DNA of 60,303 nucleotides from Acidobacteriota bacterium (GTDB lineage Bacteria; Acidobacteriota; Terriglobia; Bryobacterales; UBA6623): NCBI GenBank assembly GCA_027624045.1, contig JAQBUE010000004.1:1-60303 (forward strand), given 5' to 3'. The notes beneath the pieces were generated by a model that did no database searches, was not told where the DNA came from, and saw only the letters and a list, made by a program, of their open reading frames with translations. This document shows positions 37,248 through 46,955 of the stretch, piece after piece (within the stretch, counting starts at the first letter, position 1; each line of letters opens with the position of its first letter). A program made the translations under genes and the position numbers.

Positions 37248-39683
37248 CTACAGACGAACTTCGACAATCGTAGCGCCCGCGCCACCTTCCTGTTGCTCGG
37301 CTTGGTAGTAGCGCTCAACGTGCGGATGCGTGGCAAACATAAGCCAGAGGGTATTGCGAAGCGTATACATGCCATGACCGTGGATGATGCGCACGCGCTG
37401 AACCTGCGCCAGGACGGCGTCGTCGAGAAATTTATCGACGGTAGAGCGGGCGTCGTCGGAATCTTTGCCGATGACTTTAATCTCCGAGAGAGAGGCGGCG
37501 TCTTTGAGGGCCGGCTTGAAGGTGATGCCACTCGCGAGTTGTAGAGAGGCGGGCGGCGCTTCGGCGAGAAGTTCGGTGATGTCGTCACGGCCCACTTGCA
37601 GCTTGAGCTGCCCGGCCTGGACTTCCCAGCGGTTGCCGGAGAGTTGCCGAATCACTCGTCCCGTCGTGCCCAACGCGAGCAGGCGGACGGCGCTGCCGAC
37701 GGGAATGGGCTCATCGAGGTCGATCTCGCGGGCGGGCTCCGGTTTCGGCTGGCCGCCGGGCGCGTCCTGTTGCAGGCTCGTGCGCAGTTGACGGCGCTGC
37801 TTGGATAGTTGCCGCTGGAGTTCAGACGCCGCCTTGCGGCTTTCTCTCGATTCATCGAGCTTCTGAATCGCGGCTCGCATCTCGGCCTCGAAATTCTTGA
37901 TGCGCTCTTCGGCGTGCCTTTGCAACTCGACAGTCTTGGCGGCCTGCTCACGTTCCAGCGTTTTTTGAAACCGCCGGTTCTCGGCCTCAATGTCTTCTTG
38001 CTGCTGCGCGAGCGCGGCGCGGGCGGATTCGAGTTCCGCAACCTTCTCATGCAGTCGGCGCAGGAACGTAGCTGTTTGCTCGGCGTGCGAGCCCAGAGCT
38101 TGGCGGGCGCGGGCGATAACCTCGTCGGGGACACCCAGGCGGGCCGCCATCTCGATTCCGGCCGAGAGGCCCGGCACGCCGACGGTAAGAACGTACGTCG
38201 GCGTGAAGGTCTCTTCGTCGAAGCCGACGGCGGCATTCTCGACGCCCGGCTGGTTCGCGGCGTAGGCTTTGAGTCCCGGTAAGTGGGTCGAGACGGCGGC
38301 AAACGAGTTCCGCTTCGCGAAATGGTCCACGACGGCGATGCCAAACGCGCCGCCTTCTTCGGGATCGGTGGCGGCGCCGAGTTCGTCGATGAGAACGAGC
38401 GAGCGGTCATCGGCCTCGCGCATCATGAACTTCAACTGCTCAACGTGCGCCGAGAATGTACTGAGATTTTCGGTGATCGATTGCGCATCCCCGATGTCGG
38501 CGAGCACGTGGCGGAACCAGGGCAGCTCGGCTTGCTCGGCGGGCACGGGGATGCCGGCCTGACTCATCAGCGACAGCAGACCGATCGTCTTAAGCACAAC
38601 GGTCTTGCCGCCCGCGTTGGGTCCGCTGACGAGCAGCACGCGGCGCTCGTCATCAAGTGTGAGCGAGAACGGCAGGATCTCGCGGCCGTCGCGCCGCAGC
38701 ACGTCTTCCAAGAGCGGATGGCGCGCCTGCTTCAGCTTGAGGCAAGGATGTTCCTCTTTCTCAAATACGGCGGTCGAGCAGCGGAAGTCGATGCCGAAAC
38801 GCGCCTTGGCGAAGATCAACTCAAGATCGGCCAGGGCGAACAGAGCTTCAGAAATGGCGGTGCGCTCGGACCGCAGACGCGCGGTCATCTCGCGCAAAAT
38901 GCGCAGGATCTCGATCTGCTCCTCTTCGAGCAGACTGACGATGCGGTTGTTGAGTTCGATGGATTCGATGGGTTCGATGAAGGCGGTTTGCCCGGTCGAG
39001 CTCGATGCGTGGATGACGCCTTCGATGCGGCGTTTCCAAGATGACTTCACCGGGACGACAAGACGGCCGTTGCGAATGGTGACGTAGTTTTCCTGAAGGA
39101 CGCCTTCTTCGTAGTGATGCCGGACGAAATCTTCGAGCGTTGACTGAATCAGACTACGCTGCTGTTCGATTTGGCGCCGGATGCGGGCGAGTTGCGGACT
39201 GGCTTCGTCGAGCAGTTCGCCGTTGGGACGGAGTTTGCCGGACAGTTCAGCGAGCAGGGCTGTGAAGTCTGAAAGCCGGGCGTGATAGACCGCGAGGTTC
39301 GGGTAGCGGTCGGGCTCGCGGCCCATGCGCCGGCGGCCGTCGTCGGCCCGGTCGAGCAGTTCGAGCAGGTCGTAGATCTCGATGCCTTCGAGAACGGCAC
39401 CGTCGGGCCGGAGTTTGTCGATAGCGAACCGCAGATCTCTGAGCCCTTGAAAGCGCGGCGGCAGGGTGCGGGTTTCGTCGTCCTCGGCGCCTTGCCCACG
39501 CCTCCAAACTTCCATGGCTTCGGCGGTCTCGGCCAGCGCCTGTTCAGCACCCTGCCGCGCGGCGAAGAGCGGTTTCTCGCACCACGCGCTGAGGCGCCAC
39601 TTCCCCAGCGGGCTGACAACGTAGCGCCCGACGACATCGAGTAGGGCAGGTAGCTCAAGAGATTCCGTGGCGGGCTTCGACAT
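37248..39683 (-). CDS. mutS2: MutS2 ATPase with C-terminal Smr domain
   Basis: SSTGQTAFIEP, ARHPLL, GPNAGGKT, STFS, IDELG..TDP.EG, IIHG.G, GGAGAT. Confidence 0.95.
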   Translation of the reverse strand: MSKPATESLELPALLDVVGRYVVSPLGKWRLSAWCEKPLFAARQGAEQALAETAEAMEVWRRGQGAEDDETRTLPPRFQGLRDLRFAIDKLRPDGAVLEGIEIYDLLELLDRADDGRRRMGREPDRYPNLAVYHARLSDFTALLAELSGKLRPNGELLDEASPQLARIRRQIEQQRSLIQSTLEDFVRHHYEEGVLQENYVTIRNGRLVVPVKSSWKRRIEGVIHASSSTGQTAFIEPIESIELNNRIVSLLEEEQIEILRILREMTARLRSERTAISEALFALADLELIFAKARFGIDFRCSTAVFEKEEHPCLKLKQARHPLLEDVLRRDGREILPFSLTLDDERRVLLVSGPNAGGKTVVLKTIGLLSLMSQAGIPVPAEQAELPWFRHVLADIGDAQSITENLSTFSAHVEQLKFMMREADDRSLVLIDELGAATDPEEGGAFGIAVVDHFAKRNSFAAVSTHLPGLKAYAANQPGVENAAVGFDEETFTPTYVLTVGVPGLSAGIEMAARLGVPDEVIARARQALGSHAEQTATFLRRLHEKVAELESARAALAQQQEDIEAENRRFQKTLEREQAAKTVELQRHAEERIKNFEAEMRAAIQKLDESRESRKAASELQRQLSKQRRQLRTSLQQDAPGGQPKPEPAREIDLDEPIPVGSAVRLLALGTTGRVIRQLSGNRWEVQAGQLKLQVGRDDITELLAEAPPASLQLASGITFKPALKDAASLSEIKVIGKDSDDARSTVDKFLDDAVLAQVQRVRIIHGHGMYTLRNTLWLMFATHPHVERYYQAEQQEGGAGATIVEVRL

Positions 39684-39689
39684 GACTAC

Positions 39690-40133
39690 CTATGCACCGG
39701 GCGCTTCGTCTCTCATGCGGAACGCCTTCTCGATGACGGCAGGCGTTCCTTCGGTAACGTCAACGGCCATGAGTTCTGACGGCGTAAACCAGCGCACTTC
39801 CGCCGCGTCATCGGCCGCCGCAAGTGTGCCTCCTATCGGCCGGCAAATGTAATCGGCCAGCACGTAGTGGTAACGGATTTCGCCTCGATCGTCCCGCGTG
39901 ATCCTTTCGAAAATCTCCACGATCTCGCCGACGTCGATCTCCAAACCGGTTTCCTCGCGCACTTCGCGGCGAACGCCGTCGATCAGGTTCTCGCCAAGCT
40001 CAAGCGCACCGCCGGGAATCGACCAGATACCCTTGAGCGGTTCATTGCCGCGCCGAACGAGCAGAACGGCGTCGTTCTCGAGAATAACGGCACCGACACC
40101 GATGATCGGTTGCGAGGGATACTCACGGGACAT
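39690..40133 (-). CDS. NUDIX hydrolase
   Basis: Nudix box GGALELGE...RREVREETG. Confidence 0.93.
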   Translation of the reverse strand: MSREYPSQPIIGVGAVILENDAVLLVRRGNEPLKGIWSIPGGALELGENLIDGVRREVREETGLEIDVGEIVEIFERITRDDRGEIRYHYVLADYICRPIGGTLAAADDAAEVRWFTPSELMAVDVTEGTPAVIEKAFRMRDEAPGA

Positions 40134-40301
40134 ACCTCCTCACGATTGCAGCATAGGGCGGCGCGAGTAGCAAGACGGGACGGAAGTCACGAAGCCGCCG
40201 CTTCGTGCTTCAATAGTTTCAACAGAACGACTTGTCCGGCGCGCGCTGTTTGGCAATCAAGTTCGCGTTGCGGTACAACTCGGGGAGTGAGAACTTTCGC
40301 G

Positions 40302-40658
40302 ATGAGACGCCGATTCGCGGCCGTCGTTGTGGGCCTGCTGATGGTCATTACTCTGACCGCCGCGCCCAAGAAGAGGAAGAAGAACGAGCCCCTGGCATTG
40401 ATCAGTGGTACGGTGTTTCAGAGCAGCGGGTTCTTGTTGCGGGGCGCTAAGGTTGTAGCGGTCAGTGAGCAAGAGCGTAAGATCAAGATCGAAAGCCAAA
40501 CAGGGGAGCGTGGCGAGTTTGCGTTGCGGGTTCCGGTGGCGAAAGGTCCTTACGTCGTGACGGCCGAGGCAAGAGGTTTCGAAGCGCAACAGAGGACAGC
40601 CGAAGTGTACGAGTCTCAAAAGACGACAGTTACGTTCCAGTTAAAGCCGAAGCAGTAA
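40302..40658 (+). CDS. Secreted carboxypeptidase regulatory-like domain protein
   Basis: Signal peptide; ISGTV..LRGAKV..T..RGEF..Y.VTAEARGF. Confidence 0.78.
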   Translation: MRRRFAAVVVGLLMVITLTAAPKKRKKNEPLALISGTVFQSSGFLLRGAKVVAVSEQERKIKIESQTGERGEFALRVPVAKGPYVVTAEARGFEAQQRTAEVYESQKTTVTFQLKPKQ

Positions 40659-40743
40659 GATCGGCGGAACCCCGTGGGCGCGCCAAACGTCTGATTCAGT
40701 ACCAACGGGATGGGATACTCTATCACCGTTGGAGGAGAAAAAC

Positions 40744-41121
40744 ATGAAAACGCATCGTTTCTGGCTCGTCGCGCTGGCATTGGCAACTCTGCTGGTCACC
40801 ATATCCCCGACAGCCTTTGGCCAGAAAAAGGATTCCAAGAAAAAAGATTCGGTGACGCGTTCGGTGAAAGGTCTTGTTACTACCGAAGCGGAAGATCCCC
40901 TGCCGGGCGCCGTCGTGCAACTGAAGAACACGCGCACGCTGCAGGTCAAGTCATTCATCGCCGACTCGCAAGGATCGTACTACTTCCACGGGCTCGATCC
41001 GGCAACCGACTACGAACTCAAAGCGCGCTACGAAGAGGAGACCAGCAAGGCTCGGAAAGTGAGTTCGTTTGACGGCCGCGATGAGGTTATCTTCAACTTC
41101 CAAATCAAAGTCAAGAAGTAG
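40744..41121 (+). CDS. Secreted carboxypeptidase regulatory-like domain protein
   Basis: Signal peptide; VKGLV..PLPGAVVQL..GSYYF.GL..YELKA; GGAGGA RBS. Confidence 0.8.
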   Translation: MKTHRFWLVALALATLLVTISPTAFGQKKDSKKKDSVTRSVKGLVTTEAEDPLPGAVVQLKNTRTLQVKSFIADSQGSYYFHGLDPATDYELKARYEEETSKARKVSSFDGRDEVIFNFQIKVKK

Positions 41122-41624
41122 TGTTACTGCGTCCGGCCTGCTTACTGCTTGCGGTATTGGCCCTGCGCGCCTGTTTCCCCCCCGCTCCTGATGTCAAGGC
41201 GATCGAGCCGGCGGAGTGGGCCGCTGCGCTTGAGGACTATCGCGGAGCCCCCCTTGCCGTCAACGTTTGGGCGAACTGGTGCCGTTCCTGCGTGGAGTTT
41301 CTTCCCGCTTTCGCCGCGCTGCCAGAGCGTAGGGAGTACAGCAATGTCGAGTTCATTTCCGTTGTCGTCGAAGATCCGGCGGATGGGCCGGCGCTGGCGG
41401 AAGCGAAGCGGCTGGTCACGGAACTGGAAGCGAAGTTCCCCCACTTTGCGATTCAAACTGATGTCGAGGAAACGCTCGGATTGCTGGGCGTTCATGACCT
41501 GCCCATTGTCTTGATCTATGACGCTGAAGGGCACCTGCGGCACCACATCGAAGCGGATGCCTTCGATGGCGAGATGCGTATTGAGGATGTAGAGGATGCG
41601 CTCGATTCGGTGCTGGCGAACTAG
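41121..41624 (+). CDS. TlpA-family thioredoxin-like protein
   Basis: VNVWANWCRSC; LP..LIYD. Confidence 0.85.
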   Translation: MLLRPACLLLAVLALRACFPPAPDVKAIEPAEWAAALEDYRGAPLAVNVWANWCRSCVEFLPAFAALPERREYSNVEFISVVVEDPADGPALAEAKRLVTELEAKFPHFAIQTDVEETLGLLGVHDLPIVLIYDAEGHLRHHIEADAFDGEMRIEDVEDALDSVLAN

Positions 41625-41667
41625 CAGTAGCTCGCTACCCCCAGTCCGCGGTCCCCCGAAGTTTTCC

Positions 41668-42945
41668 CTACCGGTCGGCCCGGTTTTCTTCGCGGGCGTA
41701 GAAGGTTTCCCAATCTTCCCCGGCGCGGCCGTTGAGATCCCACGCAACGTTGCCGTCTTTGAGGGTGAGTTCGGCGGTCAACAGTTTGTTGCCTTTCTGA
41801 GTGATTCTCTTAACGTCGAGGAATCCGAAGTCGCCTTCGTCGAGACGCAGGACGGTAACGTCGGCGATGGCGCCTTCGCTCAGGTGCCCGAGTTCAGGGC
41901 GCTTGATGGCTTCGGCCGGCTTCCAGGTCGACATCCGGACGACGTCTTCGATCGAGGACCCCAGATTGAGGATCTTCGACATAACGTTGGTCATGTCTTT
42001 CATGGCGTCGTTCATGCTGCCGGTGTGCAGATCGGTTGAGATCGTGTCGGGCGGGAAGCCTTCTTTGTAAGCCGGTACGGCGACTCGCCAAGTGAAGCTG
42101 CCGCCGCCGTGGCCGACATCGAAAATGATGCCGCGCTTGCGGCCTTCGAACATCGACGGATTAATCTTGCCTTCATCGGTCAGCTCGACGCGCAGCCCCG
42201 AATACATGTGCGTGTAGATGTCGCCGGGGCGGAGCTTATCGAGGAAGAGTTGCCCGATCGGGCGTGCGTCGGGATGATTCCCGCCGAAGTCGACCATCAC
42301 GGGGACGTTCGCGAGGTTAGCCGCCTCGACGGCGCGCTCGACCGAAACCCACTCGGGCCCCGGGTAGTGTGCGGTCTTGATGCCGACGATGATTTCCGGG
42401 TACTTCTTGATCATCGCGGCGATTTTCTCGGGCTCCATGTCGGCGGGGTTATCCTCGCCGTCGACCCCCATACCGCCACCGGCAACGTTCAGCAGGACGA
42501 GAACACGCGTCTTCGAGCCATCGATGACACGGTCTTTGAAGTCCTCGAAGTTACGATGGCCGGAACTGCCGACATCGACGAGCGTGGTGCAGCCGGAGCG
42601 GAAACTGAAGTGGTCAGGGTAGACGCTGCTGTCGCCGGTGAGCACGCCGGGGATGCCCGTGCCGGCGTAGACGTGCGCGTGCAGGTCGATCAACCCGGGC
42701 GTAACGTACAGGCCGCTGACGTCGACCACTTTCCCGGCGCGGTCTTCGGGCAGGTTCTCTCGTACGGCGACAATCTTGCCGCCGCTGATGGCGATGTCGC
42801 GCGGCGCGCTGAGATCATTCTTCGGGTCGATAACGTGACCGCCCTTCAGGAGTGTTTCGTAGGACTCAGGGAGCGGAGCTTCACCACCTCCGCAAGCCGT
42901 GAGAAGGGCGAAAAGAACAAGAACTGCGATCGATGTTTGTTTCAT
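41668..42945 (-). CDS. Amidohydrolase/deacetylase (COG3964-like, dihydroorotase-like), lipoprotein; array copy 5
   Basis: Lipobox LLTAC; PGLIDLHAH, GIKTAH, YTH, DVGHGGGSF, STDLH. Confidence 0.9.
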   Translation of the reverse strand: MKQTSIAVLVLFALLTACGGGEAPLPESYETLLKGGHVIDPKNDLSAPRDIAISGGKIVAVRENLPEDRAGKVVDVSGLYVTPGLIDLHAHVYAGTGIPGVLTGDSSVYPDHFSFRSGCTTLVDVGSSGHRNFEDFKDRVIDGSKTRVLVLLNVAGGGMGVDGEDNPADMEPEKIAAMIKKYPEIIVGIKTAHYPGPEWVSVERAVEAANLANVPVMVDFGGNHPDARPIGQLFLDKLRPGDIYTHMYSGLRVELTDEGKINPSMFEGRKRGIIFDVGHGGGSFTWRVAVPAYKEGFPPDTISTDLHTGSMNDAMKDMTNVMSKILNLGSSIEDVVRMSTWKPAEAIKRPELGHLSEGAIADVTVLRLDEGDFGFLDVKRITQKGNKLLTAELTLKDGNVAWDLNGRAGEDWETFYAREENRADR

Positions 42946-42984
42946 GTATTCAGACCTGCTGCTGTCAATAGGGATGGGCGACGC

Positions 42985-44232
42985 CTACATTAACCCGTAA
43001 GCTTGGCGGTAGTCGGTGGCGGTTCGGCCGTTAAGATCCCAGGCGACCGCGCCGTCGCGCAGTGTCATCTCGCACACGATCAGTTTCGTGGCGACAACGC
43101 GAGCTTTCTGGGCATCCACCAAACCGAAGCGGCCGTGGTCGAGGCGCAGCACGGCGACATCGGCAACAGCGCCCTCACTCAGATGCCCGAGTTCGGTGCG
43201 CTTGATCTGTTGAGCCGGGTTCCAGGTGGACATCTTGATGACGTCGTAGAGAGGAACGCCCTGGCTGAGAATTTTCGACATGACGTTCGTCATATCTTTC
43301 ATGCCGGCGTTCATGCTGCCGATGTGCAGGTCGGTCGATATCGAATCGGGCCAGAAACCTTGTCGAATGGCGGGAACGGCGTTCTTCCACGAAAAGCTGC
43401 CGCCACCGTGGCCTACATCGAACTTGATGCCCCGATTGCGCGCCTGCGCCAGGTAAGGTAGTAGCTTTCCATCCTCGCCGATATAGGGGACTTGAACCTT
43501 GTATCCGTGGGTGTAGATGTCACCTGGGCGGAGGTGATCGAGCACTAACTCCTGGAAGGGCCGCGCCTCTTGGAAAGTACCGAAGTCGATCATCACGGGC
43601 AGGTCGGCGAGCTTACCCGCTTGGACGGCGTTATCGACAGAGGCCCACTCCGGGCCTGCGAAGTGAGCAGACTTGATGCCGACAACCGTGTCAGGATACT
43701 CCTTGGCCCGTTTCGCGGTGGCCTTGGGGTCCATGTCGGACATATCCTGCTCGATTTTCTCGCGTCCGGCCATGCCTTTGCCAACGATGTTGAGAAGAGC
43801 CAGAACACGCGTCTTCGAAATATCGATGACCTTGTCTTTGAAATCGGGGAAATTGGTCCAACCAGAGCTGCCCGCGTCAACGACGGTCGTCACTCCGCTA
43901 CGAAACGTAAACCCGTCGGGATAGATGCTGCGGTCGCCGGTGTAGGAGTCTTTGTTGCCGGTTCCCGTGTAGACGTGAACGTGCATGTCCACGAGGCCCG
44001 GCGTTACGTAGAGGCCGGAAACGTCAACCGTCTGTTTGGCTTCCGTGGGAGCGATATTCTCGGCAACGCGGGCGATCTTGTTACCGGAGATAGCGACATC
44101 CATCGGCGCATTGATTCCGTTGCGGGGATCGAGCACGTGGCCGCCCTTGAGCAATAGGTCGTAGGGCTGGGCTGCCAGCAAGGCAGGTAACAGGAAGAGG
44201 CCCAGAAGTAGATGGGAAAGTCTCACGTGCAA
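42985..44232 (-). CDS. Amidohydrolase/deacetylase (COG3964-like), secreted; array copy 4
   Basis: Signal peptide; PGLVDMHVH, GIKSAH, DVGHGGGSF, STDLH. Confidence 0.9.
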   Translation of the reverse strand: MHVRLSHLLLGLFLLPALLAAQPYDLLLKGGHVLDPRNGINAPMDVAISGNKIARVAENIAPTEAKQTVDVSGLYVTPGLVDMHVHVYTGTGNKDSYTGDRSIYPDGFTFRSGVTTVVDAGSSGWTNFPDFKDKVIDISKTRVLALLNIVGKGMAGREKIEQDMSDMDPKATAKRAKEYPDTVVGIKSAHFAGPEWASVDNAVQAGKLADLPVMIDFGTFQEARPFQELVLDHLRPGDIYTHGYKVQVPYIGEDGKLLPYLAQARNRGIKFDVGHGGGSFSWKNAVPAIRQGFWPDSISTDLHIGSMNAGMKDMTNVMSKILSQGVPLYDVIKMSTWNPAQQIKRTELGHLSEGAVADVAVLRLDHGRFGLVDAQKARVVATKLIVCEMTLRDGAVAWDLNGRTATDYRQAYGLM

Positions 44233-44257
44233 TTACCTTTCGTTCAAATCAAAGTCG

Positions 44258-45577
44258 CTAGGGCCTGCGGGGTATTGTTGCACCAGTCGCCCCGCGCCCG
44301 GCTCCGGCCCCTCGACGAGCCCTTCCGCGCGCGCTTTGCTGTTCACGGTTGGAGATCATCCAGTCCTGGCCGGCGCGAGCGTTGAGATCCCAGGCAATAC
44401 GGCCACCTTGGAGCGTCATCTCCGCCACAATTTTCTGATTCCCCTTGAACAGGCCTCTGCGCACATCGAGAAAACCGAAGTCTCCCCGATCGATACCCAA
44501 CACCGCCACATCGGCTACAGCGCCGACGCTCAAGTGGCCGAACTCGGGGCGCTTGATCTGCTGGGCGGGATGCCACGTCGACATCTCGACGACATCGTAC
44601 ATCGAGACCCCTTGGCTGAGGATCTTCGACATAACGTTGGTCATGTCTTTCATGCCGGCGTTCATGCTCGTGATGTGGAGGTCAGTCGAGATGGAGTCGG
44701 GAATCCAGCCCTGCTGGATTGCCGGGATGGCCTGCTTCCACAGGAAGCTGCCGCCGCCGTGGCCGACATCGAACTTGACGCCTCGTTTGCGGGCCTCCTG
44801 GAGGTACGGCCGCAGCTTGCCATTGGCGTCTAGCATCGGAACGGAACCCAGATACATGTGCGTGTACATATCGCCTGGGCGAAGACGTTTTGTGACGAGT
44901 TCTTCGAACGGGCGCTCATCGGTGAACGAGCCGAAGTCGACCATCACCGGGATGTTGGCCATCGTGCCGGCTTCGACGGCGCGGTCGACCGCAATCCAGT
45001 CGGGAGCGCGGTAGTGGGCTGTCTTGACGCCGACGATCGTGTCGGGATGCTTCTTGGCCATGGCAGCGGTTGCCTTAGCGTCCATGTCGTCATTGTTTTG
45101 CTCGATCGCACCGCCGCCCATGCCGTGGCCGACGATGTTGAGCATGGCCAGCACGCGAGTGCGCTGGCGGTCGATGACACGGTCTTTGAAGTCCTCGAAG
45201 TTGCGCCAACCGGAACTACCGACGTCAACGACCGTGGTCACACCGCCACGAAACGTGTGGCCGTCCGGGTAAACGCTGTTGTCGCCGGAATAGGCGCCGC
45301 GCATGCCGGTACCGGCGTAGACGTGAACGTGGATGTCTACGAGACCGGGCGTTACGTAGAAGCCCGAGACGTCGACGACTTGGCGCGCCTCAATCGGATC
45401 GATATCGGGAGCGACACGGGCGATCTTGCCGTCGTTGATCGCCACGTCCATGACAGCGTTAAGGTTATTTTTCGGGTCGAGAACGTGACCGCCCTTGAGA
45501 AGCAATTCGTAAGGGGCCTCGGCGCTGAGGACTGTGGCGGCGAGCAGAAGTGAAATGACGAGACAGATGGTTTTCAT
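44258..45577 (-). CDS. Amidohydrolase/deacetylase (COG3964-like), secreted; array copy 3
   Basis: Signal peptide; PGLVDIHVH, GVKTAH, DVGHGGGSF, STDLH; R/G-rich tail. Confidence 0.9.
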   Translation of the reverse strand: MKTICLVISLLLAATVLSAEAPYELLLKGGHVLDPKNNLNAVMDVAINDGKIARVAPDIDPIEARQVVDVSGFYVTPGLVDIHVHVYAGTGMRGAYSGDNSVYPDGHTFRGGVTTVVDVGSSGWRNFEDFKDRVIDRQRTRVLAMLNIVGHGMGGGAIEQNNDDMDAKATAAMAKKHPDTIVGVKTAHYRAPDWIAVDRAVEAGTMANIPVMVDFGSFTDERPFEELVTKRLRPGDMYTHMYLGSVPMLDANGKLRPYLQEARKRGVKFDVGHGGGSFLWKQAIPAIQQGWIPDSISTDLHITSMNAGMKDMTNVMSKILSQGVSMYDVVEMSTWHPAQQIKRPEFGHLSVGAVADVAVLGIDRGDFGFLDVRRGLFKGNQKIVAEMTLQGGRIAWDLNARAGQDWMISNREQQSARGRARRGAGAGRGATGATIPRRP

Positions 45578-45601
45578 GATGATGTCCCTTGTTGGAGGCT
45601 C

Positions 45602-46903
45602 TTACGGCCGTTGACGACTGCCCCTGCCCCTTCCCTGTCCGCGTCCCTGTCCTGGGCGACGCTCTTGCACGTCCTCCCAGTCAACGCCGGCCCGTCCGTT
45701 CAAGTCCCACACAACATCGCCCTCGCGCAGGGTTAGCTCGCATTCGAGCAGTTTGTCTCCTGCATAGCGGGCTCCCCGCGCGTCAGCGAAGCCGTAGACG
45801 CCCCGCTCATCGCGGAAGACGGCCACATCGGCCACGGCCCCCTCGCTGAGATGGCCCAGATCGGTGCGCTTGATCTCGCTGGCCGGGTTGCTGGTTGACA
45901 TCTTGACGACGTCGTAGAGCGGCACGCCGAGGTTGTAGATCTTCGAGACAGTCCGGATCATGGACTTCATGCCGCTGTTCATGCTGCCGACGTGCAGATC
46001 GGTCGAGATGGAATCAGGCGGGAAGCCCTGCTCGATCGCTGCGACGGCGACCTCCCAGCGGAAGCTGCCGCCGCCGTGGCCGACATCGAACTTGACGCCG
46101 CGCTCGCGTCCGGCGAACATGCCGGGATTGATTTTGCCGGTTTCATAATTCAGCTCGTCGCGATTGCCGGCGAAGCAATGCGTGTAGATGTCACCGGGAC
46201 GGAGCTTTTTGGTCAGCAGGTCGGCCAGAGGACGCGTATCCGGGTAGTTCGACCCGAAGTCAACCATGACGGGAATGTTTGCCATCGTGCCGGCTTCAAC
46301 GGCGCGCTCGACCGACGTCCAATCGGAGTGGCGGTAGTGCGCGCTCTTCACGCCGACGATCAGGCCTGGGTATTTCTTGGCCATGTCGGCGGTGGCCTTG
46401 GCGTCGAATTCTTTGGTGTCGTGCTCTTCGGGGCCGCTGGTCATACCGCTGCCGGTAATGTTGAGCATCGAGAGAACGCGGGTTTGCGAGCGGTCAATGA
46501 TGCGATCTTTGAAGTCTTCGAATTGACGCCAGCCGGAACTGCCGACGTCAACCACGGTCGTCACGCCGGAGCGGAATGTGAAGCCATCCGGGTAGATGCT
46601 GCTGTCACCGTTGTAGCTGCGGCGCGCACCCGTCCCGGCGTAGACATGGACGTGGATGTCGATCAACCCGGGCGTCACATAGAGCCCCGTTACGTCGACG
46701 ACTTTCTCAGCCTCTGATGCCGGAATATTTGCGGCGACACGGGCGATCTTACCGTCCTTGACCGCGACATCGCGGACAGCATTGATCTCGTTGCGAGGAT
46801 CGATGACGTGACCGCCCTTGAGTAATGTGTCGTATTGGGTTTGGGCGGCGGCGGTCCCCGCCAATAGTAATCCCAGTGCTGCAGCCAGAGTTCTCATTTC
46901 CAT
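45602..46903 (-). CDS. Amidohydrolase/deacetylase (COG3964-like), secreted; array copy 2
   Basis: Signal peptide; PGLIDIHVH, GVKSAH, DVGHGGGSF, STDLH; GQGRG tail. Confidence 0.9.
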   Translation of the reverse strand: MEMRTLAAALGLLLAGTAAAQTQYDTLLKGGHVIDPRNEINAVRDVAVKDGKIARVAANIPASEAEKVVDVTGLYVTPGLIDIHVHVYAGTGARRSYNGDSSIYPDGFTFRSGVTTVVDVGSSGWRQFEDFKDRIIDRSQTRVLSMLNITGSGMTSGPEEHDTKEFDAKATADMAKKYPGLIVGVKSAHYRHSDWTSVERAVEAGTMANIPVMVDFGSNYPDTRPLADLLTKKLRPGDIYTHCFAGNRDELNYETGKINPGMFAGRERGVKFDVGHGGGSFRWEVAVAAIEQGFPPDSISTDLHVGSMNSGMKSMIRTVSKIYNLGVPLYDVVKMSTSNPASEIKRTDLGHLSEGAVADVAVFRDERGVYGFADARGARYAGDKLLECELTLREGDVVWDLNGRAGVDWEDVQERRPGQGRGQGRGRGSRQRP

Positions 46904-46955
46904 ACGTCGCCTGATGGCCCTCAGTGTACTCTCGATCGAAAGGCGTGAAAGCTAC

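Noticed and set aside
35137-37308. 723-aa plus-strand ORF
   Set aside because: Antisense shadow of the alpha/beta hydrolase gene.
40188-40207. Hairpin CACGAAGC-CGCC-GCTTCGTG between divergent genes
   Set aside because: No U-tract and a single copy; cannot be assigned as terminator or operator.
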